Positions 24,055 through 37,855 of a stretch of 64,000 nt of DNA are shown here, one piece after another. The stretch is taken from contig JAVKOQ020000003.1 of the NCBI GenBank assembly GCA_031835245.2, positions 434,001 through 498,000 on the forward strand. Reading direction: 5' to 3'. Origin of the DNA: Balamuthia mandrillaris (taxonomy: Eukaryota). Below the pieces are notes generated by a model. It saw only the letters and a list, made by a program, of their open reading frames with translations, did no database searches and was not told where the DNA came from. Positions within the stretch are counted from its first letter, which is position 1. Each line of letters opens with the position of its first letter. The position numbers were made by a program, and so were the translations under genes.

Positions 24055-26707
24055 TCTCCCGTTCTGTTCTGTTCTTTTTCTTTTTCTTTCGTGCTTATTT
24101 AAAAAAACCAAAAGGGGAATCTTCGCTTAAATACAAGCAAGTGATAATGACCAAAATGACGGAGTATCGTCAACGAGCCGCTGTCTTGAAGCAATACCTC
24201 GACCAACAGAAACCTCCTTCTTTTCCCGCTGCTCCATCACCTTCCTCTGCTCCCCTTCCTGCTTCTTCTGCTTCGTCTCACTCTCCTCCACTTTCTTCCT
24301 CCTTCTCGTCTTCTCCTTCTGCTCTTCCTAATTCTTCGGCTCCACTTTCTTCGTCTCACTCCCCTCCAGTTTCTTTTTCTTCTCAACCACAACCAACCTT
24401 TTCTTCCTCTTCTTCTGCTCCCTCTTCTTTCGCTCCTTTATCTTCGTCCTCCTCGTTCCCTGATGCTTCTGCTTCCTTTGGCTCTCTTGCCTCTCAACAT
24501 CAAGAACCAGAGCAGCAACAACCCCCTCACGCTTCAACACCTTCCACTTCTTCGTTCCCGACTCAACCTATACCACCAGAGAATGACGAATTTGAAGAAG
24601 TTGAAAATGAGGAAATAACGGAAAATATTGGTGTCGAAACAGAACAAGAACGAAGGAAACGTATGTTGGAGAACATTATGAGGGAAAAAGAGGAGTTGCA
24701 AAAACAATTGCACGAGCAACAAGGTGTCATGCAACAATCCATGAACACACTCATGCAAGACATGTCTTCTGCATTCTCTTCCATTACTGCTTCCAAACGT
24801 GTACATGAACAAAAAAAACCACAAGAAGAAGAAGACGAAGGAAGCAACAAAAGTTTATCTTTTCGATGGACGCAGAGTGAACAAGGAGGATCAAGCGCAA
24901 CCAATCAACAGCTTTGTGTTGCGGTGCGAGCTTGGCAAGCCAATTGGGATATCGACTCACAGCCTGATAAGAGCAAGTATCTGTTCTTTAGGACGTCGTT
25001 TGAGCTTCGTTCTCATCACACGGTATTCTTTTTCTGTTATTCCTTTTGTTGGTTCTTTTCTCTTTTCTCATTTCTTCTAAAATTGTTTTACAACAACAAA
25101 CAGAAAGCATTAACAGCACAAGAAAGCTTTGTGGTGGAGCTGACCGGTCATCAACTTCAAAGATATTTGCCACAAACAGAAGAATGGGAGAAAGCTTATC
25201 AGGTTCAATCCTTCCACACCGCATTTCGTTGCAGCCTTGACGGCATCTATCTTCATCCTGTTGCCTTATCTTCTAGCTCTCTTGAGTTCGTTTCTTCTTT
25301 CTCTTGCCCTTCTGTTTCTCGTTTTTTTTTTTTTTTCGCTACTCTCTGTTTTCCTTTTCTCTTTGTTCACATTATCCCTTTTTTTGGTTCACAACAACAG
25401 CAAAGATGCCATCATTCCGATGTTAGCAGAACAGGCCAAAGAGGAGGCCAGACAACAATGGGAGACATGGGTGGAGTCATGGTTGGGCGTCGATCCCTCT
25501 CGCCCCTCTTTCAGCTTTACGAACGTTGCGAAGAACGAGAAGGTGGAGATTAGGGTGGAAGAAGCCTCGTTTGCGCATTGGGGCAAGGACTGTCTTCGTC
25601 TAAAAAGAACAGTCGTTTTGCCACCAGATGAAAAAGGTTTCTTCTGTCTGCTGTCTTCTCTGCTTCATTCGTCTGTCTTCTAACTTATGCTTTATTTAAT
25701 TTTTTTCAACGAACAAAAGGGCGTTCACAGTCCAAAATGTATGAAGCGGTAATAGAACGGGAAACTCTTCGTCCGCACGAAGCCACCTTTACTCACTTCA
25801 GCGTTTCGGAAACGGATCCGACCGATATCTCGTTGCAAAAGCGTCTTTTTGTGTTTGATTGGTATACGCTTCGTTTTCTTATCTATTTGTTGCCGTTCTG
25901 CCATTTCTTTTCTTTTACTTTTTATTTGGCCCTTTCTCGCTCTCTCGCTTCCTAACGCTTAATAAAAACAGGAACGATGTCACCCAAGAGGACTCAACTT
26001 CTGACCATTATGACGAACTCTTCAACAAGAAACTCAACAGAGATATCAAAGAGCTGAGCAAAGTGGCCTCTGAAATGGCCTCCGCCGCAATTGCATCTGC
26101 TCCTTCTTTCTTGCCTTCACCACCAGCAAAAGAGCCCGACGAAGAAGATGAAGAAGAGGAAGACAAAAAGAGGAAAGACAGGGTAATCCGAGAAATCGAA
26201 GAAGATGAACGACAACAACAAGAAGGACAACATCAAAAGATGAAAGATAAGGTGAAGGATGATGAAGATGACGATGAAGAAGTGTTTGATGTTGTGAGTG
26301 GTAACATTTCTCTTTCGCCTTACCGTCGTCAACACCATCCCTCAATGTCGTCTCCCTACGTCTCTTCTTCCCTTGAAGCTTCTGCTCCTCCGTTTCTTCC
26401 ACCCTATTCAGCTTCTTCAGCTTCGTCTTCTTCACAACAATTTGAGACACCTTCCGCTTATCCTTCTCTTTCTTCACCGTCTTCTGCTCCTTCTACCTCG
26501 TTTGTTGGCGCTCCAGGAGAGGATGAAACGGAGGAAAGAGAAAGTAGAACGAATGAAGGAGAACAAGTTCCACAAGCAGCTGCTGTATTGTTGAACGAGA
26601 TACAACAGTTACGTCAAGAAATGAAAGCCATGAGAGAAGCATTCGTGCAAGAAATGTCTCACTTGCGAGCTTTCCTTTCCCAGTTTCAGCAACATACCTC
26701 TTCTTAA
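23748..26707 (+). CDS. MIT-domain protein with Ser/Pro-rich linker, coiled coils and an unassigned central domain
   Basis: Spliced N-terminus LSQALN|TVKEAIDADTRCDYESAYRLYLQSLEHF...KMTEYRQRAAVLKQYL matches the Vps4-type MIT pattern. No AAA Walker motifs seen. Confidence 0.75.
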
Positions 26708-26750
26708 TATTCTTGTCTTGCTTTTGTAAGTACCAAAAGACTTTTCTTCT

Positions 26751-29287
26751 TTATTTGGAAGTGTCTTTCTTCTTTATCTTTTTCCTTCGTTTCATTTGAT
26801 TGCTTCTCTTTCTTCTCAGTATTGAACCAACAATTCCTCTGTCTTTCTTCTTTTTACCTCTTTCTTCTTCTTCTTCTTCTTCCGAGTCTTGTTCTCCCTC
26901 CTCCGAATCATCAGTTGTTTCTTCTTCCTCCTCTTCCTCTTCTTCCTCTTCTTGATGAATACTTTCAAGCATCGCAGCAAGGTGACTTCCATTCATTCCT
27001 TCTTCTTCGTTCAAGGTGTAATGTTCGCTGCTCTGAACTTGAACCTCTCGATCGGTATCATCTTCATCCTTCCATGCCTCCACTTCGCTTTCGCTGAATC
27101 CTTCCTTCTCCGCCTCTTTTGCCAGTTGGGCTCTCTGTCGTTTGGCATCTTCCTCCTCTTCCTCCACATAATCTTCATCGTCCTCATCATCATCCAACAT
27201 CATGTTTGTTGTTGCGGTTCTTTGCGGCGGAGGCATCATCATCAGTCTCATCATTCGCCTTCTCCTTCTCCTCCGCCTTCTTTCTTCTTTCTTCTGCTCC
27301 TCTCCATCTGCTTCATCCTCATCGTCATCTTCCTCTGCTCCAACATCAGTTGTTGTGTTGGAGCCAACGTCACACAACATCACCTCATTCCCAACAACAC
27401 TGTTGCTTCCTCCATTCCCATTTGCTCCATTGTTCACCAAAAACTTATCACTAGGAAGAAGAGAAGCGATGGAGGAAGCAGTTGGTAGCATTTGTGGTTG
27501 TGGCAACGTGGCTCCACTTGTATCCTGCTGTTGAATCTTGACTCGCATCGTTGGGGCATAGAATCGGATGTTCAAGTCCATGCAAATGTGTTGCACGGCA
27601 TACCAGAGTTTGCTGCGAGGAGCGATGTAGAGAGAGGGGTTCTTCCAGTTGATTCCTATCAAGTGGATCCAAATGCTGATGTTGATCTTGTTGATATCCG
27701 TTGTGTCGCCGATCCAAACAAGTGTCTCGTTTAAGTCCCAGGGCGACTTTTTGTTTCGTTTTGGTTTGTTTGAGACCAGACTTAGAAGAAAGAACGACAG
27801 GATGAAGCGGAGAGAAAAAAGAAGAAAGAGAGAAAAGAAGAAAGAGAGAAAAGAAGAAAGAGAGAAAGAAGAAACAAGAAGCAAGCAAGAAACAAGGTAG
27901 ATAGAAAAAAGCAAAAAGAGGATGAAGAATGTACGTCATCTTGTTTCAGCCATTTGATGAGAAGGTCCTTGAACAGCGTCAGCTTGCGCTTCTTGGTTCT
28001 AAAGTCAACTGAGAATGAAAGGAAGACGCGTGCGTCTTCGCTTCTCTGCATTTGGGTGATCTCTCTGTTGAACAGAAAAGCGTTTGGAATTAAGAACTGT
28101 CGTCCATCTGTGTTTGGAAGAAGGAATAAAGTCGTGAGTTTAGAAGCAAGAGGAGATCAGAAGGAAACAAAGCAGAAGAATGAGAGTACCAGGAGCGTAA
28201 GCTTCGGTGGTCAGCAAATAAACGTGACTGATAATGAGGTCGTGACTGTGACCCAAGTTAACTCTGTCGCCGGCTTCAAACGGCTGGTTGACAAAGATAA
28301 CGAGTATAGACTCCCATACGTTCTTCAAAGAATTTCCGAACACAAACGAGAGACCCAAAAAGACCTGTTTGTAGTTGGGAAGAAAGGAGGCACAAACAGA
28401 AGAGTAAGAAAGAAGAGAGGGCGCTTAAGCGAAATGGAGGAGAATGTGCTTACAGAACTAAACGGAATCAACAAACTGAAAGCCATGAAATGAAGTTAGG
28501 AAGGAAAAGCAAACAGAGATAGTAAGAATGAAGAACGAGGTACGAAAGAAGGTTACCTGTCGAAAGTGGCACCGAAAATAAACAACACAATGACTGTCAT
28601 TGCGATCCAAAATACAGTTTTGAGCACGCGAGAGAGAACCTGAGAGACTCCCTCTCTATCCCTCAACGACTTGTACAAACTGTTTCTTTCGGAGAGGATC
28701 TCCATTACAGCTACCTTTGTCGCTGCTCTGTCTACTTTTTGTTTGTTGGCCTGCGAAAGAAATGAACGAATGAGAGGAGGAGAACACGTCTAAAAATAAA
28801 AAAAGAAGGCAGCTAGTACCTTATCAAAGAGTGAAAAGATCTTTTGGGATTTCGCTCCTTCTCCGTAGAGCAACTCCACATCAGACAGCTGAAAGAATCC
28901 TTTCTGCTCGTGATCCAAGTTCTTGAATATAGCGTCCGATATAGAGCCTATGTAGTCCTCCGGAACAACGTCCACAGCATGCTTTCCAAGCCCCAAAGAA
29001 ACCTTTGTGGCCGCACCTTTGTGATGAGTCTTCAGCAAGTACTTCCATGCCTTGGAAAATTGAAAGGCAGAAAGTTGACGCGCTTCTTCCGTGTCTTTGT
29101 TGGGACCGGTTTGAGAGCGTTGTTGCTTCATGATTAACTTTTCTCTGCGTCTGGAGGAGGAGAGATTGTATAGTGCTCTCTCTTTGAATAAGTACTCGGA
29201 AATACTGTCCCAAAATATGTTTCGATTGAGTTTTGCTGGTAAGGCAAGTTAGAATGGAAGCCCGAGCGATGACGAGAAGAAACTACA

Positions 29288-29328
<41 letters not shown>

Positions 29329-31549
29329 AAGAGGAGTACATATGAGATAACGAATGAGAATCAGAAGAAAGATGTAGGTGGTGTAGGTGATGATCAATGA
29401 GGTAAAGATGTTGTTCAGCCAGAAATCTCCGGTATCAGATACATCGGATAAGAACAGTCCTTTCTGTCCTTTATACGTTGATATTTGTAGAATAGCTGTC
29501 GATGGGGTAAACAATGTTAGAAACTAGGAAGAAGAAAGAAGAAACGAAGAAAGAGGAACCAAACCCCAAATAGAACCCCCTACATGGTAGTAGATGGGTT
29601 TGATGTAAACGTAAATGATGTTGGAAGGAGCAAAAGCGTATAGTATCTTCTTCGTGAGGATTCTGCACAACGACAGAAGGAACTGAATGAGCATGAATGA
29701 GCCTATAGAATAGGCCAACCAGAAGAACCACCAGTAGAGCTTCACGTCCGCCATTTCTTTCTCGTTAAATGACAACAGAAAGAGAAGAGCTGGTTGTTTC
29801 CGGTTTCAGTAGACGTCGGTCAAACATGAGAAGAGAAAAGGGGGAGGTTACCAAGTCCGTTGAGCAGTAATAGACATAGGCAAAGAGGGATGAACGGGAA
29901 GAAACTAATCATGGAGAATCGCCAAAGCAAAATACGCCACAACGTCGTGAGAGATCGGTTGAGCTTCTCTTTGTTTCTGTATTTTTTCTTTTTGTAGAGT
30001 TCTGTTGTAGATGATGGCCACGGTTAGTTTAAAGAGAAAAAAGAACAAAGGAACGAGAGACGCCAGATGTAAGAAACAAACAATGAGACACAAAGAAAGA
30101 ATACAGAAGAACACGGACAACATGGTATGGATAGATACTTTGGTTAGCGTCTCCGTTCAACACGTAGTTAAGTGTTTCTCCAACACCGCCCACGCCAAGG
30201 TAGCTCCCAGAAGACCGTCTCCTCTCTATCTCCCCCGAAGAGTCCATTCCGTCATCATCCTCCGAATAAAACTTTCCTGTCCACTCTCTCTCCTTCTCGA
30301 ATCCTAAATGGTACATTCCTCCACCATTTCCTTCTTCTTCCTCCGTTTCTTCTTCCTCCGTTTCGTGGTCGGCCTCATCGTCACTCATGATTGGCACCGT
30401 GGATGGTTCGCCGATAACAGAACAACGACGACTGACCATTCGGCTAGGTCGTCTGCTGCTGTTACTAGTGGTGCCCCCTGGTCGAACGAATCGAGAGCTT
30501 GGTTGTCGACTGGGTCTTCTTGAGGCCTTCCTGGAGGAGTTGTTGGAGGAAGAGGTCGTTTCGTTGTTGTTCAACTCGATGGAACATCGTCGGCTGCTTT
30601 TCAATGGCGTGGCAGCTTTTGGACTCCTTGGGACGATAGCTCTGCTCAGTCTTCTTAAAGAGAGTCGTTTAGATTGCGGTCGTTCTTGTTGTTGTGGTCG
30701 CTGCTGTTGAATGAGGTGTTGTGGTTCACGAGAGGGCGACCGCGATCTTCGAGATATCGCTGTCGACAATCGTCTCGCCTCTTTCCGCTGCTCCTCCTCT
30801 TCTGCTTCTTCTTCTCCTTCGTCTCGCTCTGCAACTTCTTTCTCTTCTGAATCATAACGGCCATCGTCATCACCTCCATCAACGGGCTTGTTGTTTTTGG
30901 CTGCGCCTCTTTCTCTAACTGTCTTTTTGCCATCGAAAGAGGAGATACCGAGCCCTCGTTCTGCTCTGCCTCGCTCGCACTCCTCTTCTTCGTTCCTCTC
31001 TCTTAAGTGATGCCTTCCTTGACTCGTTTTTTCTTTTCTCTCCATTGAAGAAGAAAAAACAGAAGAAGGTGCAGTGGCAGAAGAAGAAGGAGTTGCTGAA
31101 GCAGGAAGTAAAGCTGACGAAGAAGATGATAAAGCAGAGTCGTAAGTGGGAATGCTGGAAGAGGAAGGAGCAGAAACAGACGGTGACGAAGAAGAATAGA
31201 GAGCATGGCTACCTCCACTGTCAGAAAGAAGAGGCGAGTAACCGATAGGCGGAGTAGAGAATGGAGTGACACTCATGGAAGAAGAAGGCGATGAAGAAGA
31301 AGTAGACTCTGAACCTGAAGAAGACGCGGGAGAAGAAGAGGAGGAGGGAGGATAATACGTAGAATGCTCTTCGTGAGAAGTTCCTCTAAGCACGTCTTCT
31401 AATGGGTGAGTGAGGGAAGGAGAAGAAACAGGAGCAACACTCCCTTCTTCGGAGTGGTAGTGTAGCTGCTCCTCTCCGCCCCCTACGGAGGGTGCTTTTG
31501 TGTGTCTTGAGCTTCGGACCACGGAGTAACGCCTCAGGAAGTCCTCCAT
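26751..31549 (-). CDS. MscS-family (MSL-like) mechanosensitive channel with EF-hand-like motif and long disordered termini
   Basis: LGLSFVFGNSLKNVWESILVIFVNQPFEAGDRV, IFKNLDHEQKG, IFSLFDK and several TM exons; ATG (MEDFLRR) at 31549. Confidence 0.88.
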
Positions 31550-32047
31550 TTTATTTTTTTTTTTTTGAGTGCTGCAACCAAGGAACACAAAAACAAGTTT
31601 TAGTGCCTAAAATCTCTCTTTGTTTGTTTCTTTTTCCACTGTCTCCCCTTTATACCCTCGGGATAGATGCTTACCTTCTCCTTCTTCTTGTGTAAGTGTC
31701 TTTCTTTTCTGTGCTTGTATATACGGAGGGGATGACAGGAAAGACGTATGAGGATCACCCTTCACGCCGTCTTGACACGATTTCTATGCTGATTTGCGGG
31801 CAAATTATGTCCGATGACGTACCTCGAATGAAAGCCGGAATTTTCTTGGACACTTTTTTTTCGGGACCATGCCGCGATCAACTGGTGAATTTTCATTCCA
31901 AATTTAGACTTACGATCGATCAAATTTCATTTTGCAGGTGACCAATCATTTTGATTTAAGATTTTGTATCGGCGAATGTCTTTGATTTTGATATGTCGAC
32001 AAAAAATTACATGTCGACATGGATGAGGAACGGAAGGAAGAGAACAA

Positions 32048-32582
32048 TCAGGAAGAAGAATGGGACTGAGCATCCTCCGCGACCTTTTTCAAGCGGCTGA
32101 AGACGGAGGGCACCAGGTCTGCGTACTGTTGAGTGCATTGGTTGGCGCATTTCATCATCTCGTCGTTCAGGTGTTTGGGGATCTCCGTCGCTCCTGGAGG
32201 TATTTGGTGCTGTATTTTGTCCTGACAGACTTGTATGCAGCGAGAATACTGGTTCTAGAATGTTTTTTTTTTTTTGAGAAGGGGGGGAGGGGAGAGAGAA
32301 ACGTTTGAGAAGAGTGTTCACCCCTTTGTCCAAAAAAAAAAGAGAGAGAGCTTCAAAAACACAAACCTGAAAGTTGTTGGCCTCGTTGGAAAAAGATTGG
32401 CCCACTATTCGTGTGGGCATGGAGCAACGCTGCACGCAGCGCTCATAGTCCGTTTTGGATAGGCTGAGGTTGTCCGAGCATTTGGCACTGCACTCGTAGC
32501 ACGCCTTTTGCACTCGCCGCATGCTCCTCTCAAAGTCATTCGCCGCCTCCTCCCACTTCCGTTCCAGCAAGCTTGCGTCCAT
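32048..32582 (-). CDS. FAM136A: FAM136A/DUF842-like CX3C protein, 140 aa, 2 exons
   Basis: Exons 32367-32582 and 32048-32254; CYECSAKC, ERCVQRC, RCIQVCQDK and KCANQC. Confidence 0.8.
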
Positions 32583-33097
32583 CTAGTTTTTGCTATCTTT
32601 TTTTTTTGTGTGTCTTTATTCGTGTCGACGTGATTTCCAAGAAAAGCTTTTTGTGTCGTCACGAAATAATTAGTGTCGACTCTCTCAGACATGGACCCTG
32701 TCGACATGAGTGTTAAATGGAGGGATTTTTTTTCGGGCCAATTGTGCACGATTGGAGCTTCCGTCCTGCACCATAGAGTGCGGGTAGGTCAAATTGTGTT
32801 CAAGTGGTCCACAAGTTCACCTCCCCTGGTCATCGAAAGCGAAAAAACTGAAAACGAAAAGAAAGACAAAGGAAAGGAAAGGAAAGCCTAAAGGTAAGGA
32901 AAGGAACCCCCCACCACCCTAAACTATACCTATACCTATGACTGAACCTAAAAAACGTGTAAAGTACCTCATCAGCAAACAAGGAAGAAAGGAAGAACGA
33001 ACGAACGAACTGGAAAAGCCGTTATATCACCTTAAAAGAGGAGCAGCATCCGCCATAGCCACACAGCAAAGCGTTCAACAAAAAACAAAACAAAACT

Positions 33098-35128
33098 ATG
33101 AGCGACGTCGCTGGTCTTGCTCCTCGTGGGGGAAGGGAGGATCCTCCCTCGTTTTTGTTTGGGGAGGAGGAGGAAAACGAAAACGAAAACGAAAACGAGC
33201 AAGCCTTTTCAGCGGAGGAAGACGCAGACGATGGAGGAGAGGAAGAGGTGGAGGAAGACATGGGAGAACGGGTGCAAATGGCGTGGAAGCAGGTCAGTGC
33301 ACACAAAGGCCAGACGCGCCTCTGTTTGGAGGATATCAAGCAAGTTCTTTTAGTTTCTGGGTTCGTTTTTCCCGCATTTCTCTCTCTTTTTTCTTTCGTT
33401 CTCTCTGCTCTCTCTGCTCTCTCTGCTCTCTGCTCTCTTTGCTATCTCTTCTCTCTGCTATCTCTGCTCTGTGCTCTGTGCTCTGTGCTCTCTTCTCTTC
33501 CCTCTTCCCTCTTCTCTCTTCTCTCTTCTCTCTTCTCTCTTCTCTCTTCTCTCTTCTCTCTTCTCTCTTCTCTCTTCTCTCTTCTCTCTTCTCTCTTCTC
33601 CTTCTCTCCTCTCTCCTCTCTCCTCTCTCCTCTCTCCTATCTTCTCATTCTCGTTCTCTTGCTTTATCCGATATTCTAACTTTGCTTTTCATCTTCATGC
33701 TAAAAAGACTGGGAGAATTTGTAGGAGAACAAACGTTTGAGATCTTAGCCAAACGAAAAGGGAAAAGTGGAAATGGAGACGATGGAGATGAGGATGAAGA
33801 AGAAGGAATGACTTTCGGAGAGTTCACGGATGCCATAAGACGGTTTGTGGAGGGAGAGATAGGCTCTCCTTCCTCTCCCTCTGCCTTCGTCCTCTCTCCG
33901 GCGGAACGTCGACACTGGAGAAGACGCGCCAGCAGCATTCTTCATTACCAACAACGTAAAGAAGAAGAAGAAGAAGGGGACGAAGATGAAGAAATAGATA
34001 CAGAAGAAGTAGAACAAGAACAAATCGACGTAGGCATAGAAAGCGAAAAAGAAGAAGCAGACGAAGAAATGGAACCAGAGAAAGACGACGATGAAGACGA
34101 AGAAGAAGGAGAAGACGAAGACGAAGACGAAGATGAGGAGATGAACAAAGCAACAGCAGAAAGAAAGCAACACCTGCAGCTGTTGTTCCAAAAGTTTGAC
34201 AGCGAGAAAAAAGGAAAGTTGAGCATGGAAGACCTCGAACACATGTTTGCTTCTCTCAAAGACTTTTGGACTGTCCTTCTCTCCGAGACACATTCGTCTC
34301 CTGCATCGTTCCTGTCTCCTCGTCTTCCCTCTTCCTCTCCGCCTCTTCTGCCTGCTTCCACTTCTTCCATTTCTATTTCTCTTCCTGCTTCTACTCCCAC
34401 TTCCGCCTCTGCATCTTCCTCTACTCCAGTTGCTTCCGCAAAGAAAAGTCGAACTGGTGAAACGGTAGTTTATTCTTTCTCTCCCCCAACTTCACCTCGT
34501 TATATATCTGCGGCAGCAGCAGCATCTTCTGTTGGGTCTTCGTCCTCGAAAACTCCAGCTTCATCTCCTTATCGTCGTCAACAACAACGACAACTACAAC
34601 AACATCAACCACCTCCACCACCACTTCAACTTCAACCCATTGAAAAGGAGAAAGAAAATGGAGGAGATGAAGAAGCAAAAGCAGAAGCCGAAGGAGCGAT
34701 GAAGAAAGAAGGAGGAGAGCCTCTGTTCTTGTTGGCGACGCGAAGAAAGAAAGAGGAAGACAGAAGATTGGATGAGGTGTTGCAGACTTTGAAGCAGCAG
34801 TTTATGGAGGTTGTGGATGAGGAGGGAATGGTTTCTAAGGAAGACTTTAGCGATGTTATGGATCGTATCACCATCGTACGTTTCGCCTCTCGTTGTTTTA
34901 TTTGCTTTCTCTCGTACTTCTATTAACAAAAAATAAAAGGCTCTGGAGCAATTTCCGTTAAGAGCAGAATCCAACGCAGAGAGCGAAGCGACCGATGGTC
35001 AAAACGGCAACATGGTTGGAATGGCACCCTCCCTTCACGCAGCGACTAGCAATGGCCCGATGGTAGAAGTCTTTCAACAAGAACTGGAGCAACTACGACA
35101 AACCATCAAAACTCTCACTGAGGTCTCT

Positions 35129-35164
<36 letters not shown>

Positions 35165-37721
35165 TCTTTCGTTTTGCTGAAAAACAAAAAACAAAAAAAG
35201 ACGGCGGAACGCTCAGAAAAAGAAAAGAAAGAGGCACAAAGACTAACCACCGAAATGGAGCAAACAGTCGAGGAACAGAGACAAAAGCTACGACATGCAC
35301 AAAAGACAATCAACGCTTTGGAAAAACAGAAAGAGAAACTGAGAGCTTTTTCTGAAATGGTCTTTGTTCCTTCTTGTTCTAAACTTTGTTCTCCTCGTTC
35401 CTAACGAAAGCACATTCAAAAAAAAAAAAACAGTTGGAAAATCAAAAAGAAGTTGCCAACGAAGTGAACGCTAGTAAGAAAGAGCTCAACAAAATGAACG
35501 CTAAGCTTAAGATGGAGTTAGCCGAACAAATTTGTATTTATCTTCCATTATTTCCTTTGTTTTTTTTAAATGTTATAATTAACATTTTTTTTCTGTTGTT
35601 TATTGCAGCTAATTCCAAGCTGGCAGAACAAAAATGGCAACAACTGAAAGAGGAGAATGCTCGACTTGCTGTGAAACACAAAGAAGAGATCTCGTTCTAT
35701 AAACGCAAAACCTCCGAACAAGAACAAAAGGTTTGTGCTTCTTGTTCTTCTTGTTCTTCTTGTTCTTGTTCTTGTTCTTGTTCTTGTTCTTGTTCTTGTT
35801 CTTGTTCTTGTTCTTGTTCTTGTTCTTGTTCTTGTTCTTGTTCTTGTTCTTGTTCTTCTTGTTCTTGTTCTTGTTCTTCTTCTTCTTCTTCTTGTTCTTC
35901 TTCTTGTTCTTCTTCTTCTTCTTGTTCTTCTTCTTCTGCTTCTTCATAGTTGTGTTTATTAACTTTTTTTTTACAAAACAGATAGCACAACTACTAACAA
36001 CACAAGACGAAGCCACAGAAGAACTCAACGAGTTGACCTCTCAAAAGAAGTTGTTGGAAGACCATATCTCAAAGCTACAGGCTCGTTTGGCGCGTTCCTC
36101 CGCCGAGCTCGTCGCACTCAGAAACTCAGCCGCAGAGACTGCTCGTGAGAAGGCTACTGGAAAGATTGTTCCGATGAGCAAGGCAGCATTACACCTGGAT
36201 TCAAATGGAAATGGAAGAGAACGAAGGGATGAGAAGAAAGAGATGATGACGGTTTTGAAAGAAGAGAGTTCTGAACTGGAAGAAGAGCGGATGATTACGA
36301 CAGATACAACCGTTCCATATTCTTTGCTGTCAGAGTTAACACTTGTTGAGGAGGAGGAGGAGCGACAACAACAGCACAAAAAGGAAGAAGAGGCTATACA
36401 GAAGATTAAGACTGCACAAGAACAACAAAGACAACAAAAGCAAGAACAACAACTACAAAAACAACTCGAAAGTGAAGCAAGGGAAAAGGAAAATGAAACG
36501 AAGAAGATGAAAGAACAAACAGAAGAATTGCTACCACAAGAACAACGAAAAAACGAGCTGCAACAAGAACAAGAACAAACGCAACAGCAAGAACTGGAAG
36601 CACAACAAAAAATACAACAAGAATATCAACTGCAGCAACGCGAAAAAGAAGCGAAGGAAAAAGCAGAAGACGAAAAGAAAGAGAAGATGGAAATGCAACA
36701 ACAGAACCAACAAGAAAGCGAACAACATGAGCAAATACGACAACGAATGCAACAAGAACTACAACAACAGCAGCAACAAAACGAAAAGGAAGCAAAGGAA
36801 ATCGTGGAAGAGGTAAATAAGAAGACGAAAAAACGAATAGAAGAAATGCAACAAGAACAAGAACAGCTACATCAACAAGTACAAACACAACTACAACAGA
36901 TGCAGCAACAACAACAAGAACAACAAGAACAAAACGAAATCGAATTGAAGATGAAGAACGAAACCATAGCAAGACTGCAAAACGAGGCGATAGCGCTTCG
37001 CAACATGATTCAGTCCCTCCAAAACGAAAACGAACAGCTTCGTCGCAATGACGCTCAACTGAAGGATCGCATTCGCAACAAAGACAACGAACTCCGAACC
37101 ACTCTTCGTAACGCGTTGGAGAATCTTCATCGCAACCAAAAGGACGAGATACTTTCGTTGAAGGAGGAGATAAGAGAGTTGGAACTCGAACTCGCGAAAC
37201 AAGTGGCAAAGAATAAGTTTTTGGAGGAAGAAGACAACAAAAGGAAGCAACTACAACATGAGCAAGAAGAACGCAACAATAACAAACAGACCGAAACGAA
37301 AGAAGAGGATGATGACGAAGAAGACTACGATAGCAGCGGTGAAGGCAGCGAAACAGCTCTTTGGAAGAAGAAAGAGCCTCTTCCGTCCTCTCCTCTTGCT
37401 ACTTCTTCTCTGAAAAACACCTTCGATGAAGAAGACGAGGAATATCCAGAATTAGAGGCAGCCCTCCGTCGAAAGAAGAAGAACGCTCAAAAGAAGAACA
37501 AACAACAACAGCAGCGACGTCGAGGTTTCGGCTTGTGGTGGAACTTTTTCAGCTGTTGCATGACCCCGGCTGCCTCCTCCACCGTTTTCGTGGGAGACGT
37601 TGCAAAGAGCAAGACAAAGAAGAGAGTGGACCGGCTGCCGGTGTTACAAAGAGAGCGGTTGGCTGCTGCTGATGCCGAGAGTGGCCACGCCAGCGATGCT
37701 GCTGGCGATAGTGAACTTTAA
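33098..37721 (+). CDS. Large EF-hand plus Glu/Gln-rich coiled-coil protein
   Basis: EF-hand-like LFQKFDSEKKGKLSMEDLEHMF and VDEEGMVSKEDF, long heptad region, and a basic stretch followed by GLWWNFFSCC near the C-terminus. Confidence 0.7.
35738..35945. repeat. (TTCTTG)n/(TTC)n microsatellite in an intron
   Basis: Direct reading; lies between the donor at about 35731 and the acceptor at about 35981. Confidence 0.95.
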
Positions 37722-37855
37722 CAACCAAACATCTCTTGTTTTTTTTTTTTTCGTTTATATTATATATAAATATGCTACCACACCAACGTACCGCCGCTGA
37801 AGCATGCAATCCTCGGTACGCAGCCAAGCACATGAGCGTCTGGGGTTCTCGCCCC

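Noticed and set aside
31580..31990. Short ORFs upstream of the MscS gene
   Set aside because: Better explained as 5' UTR with an intron (donor near 31674) and promoter.
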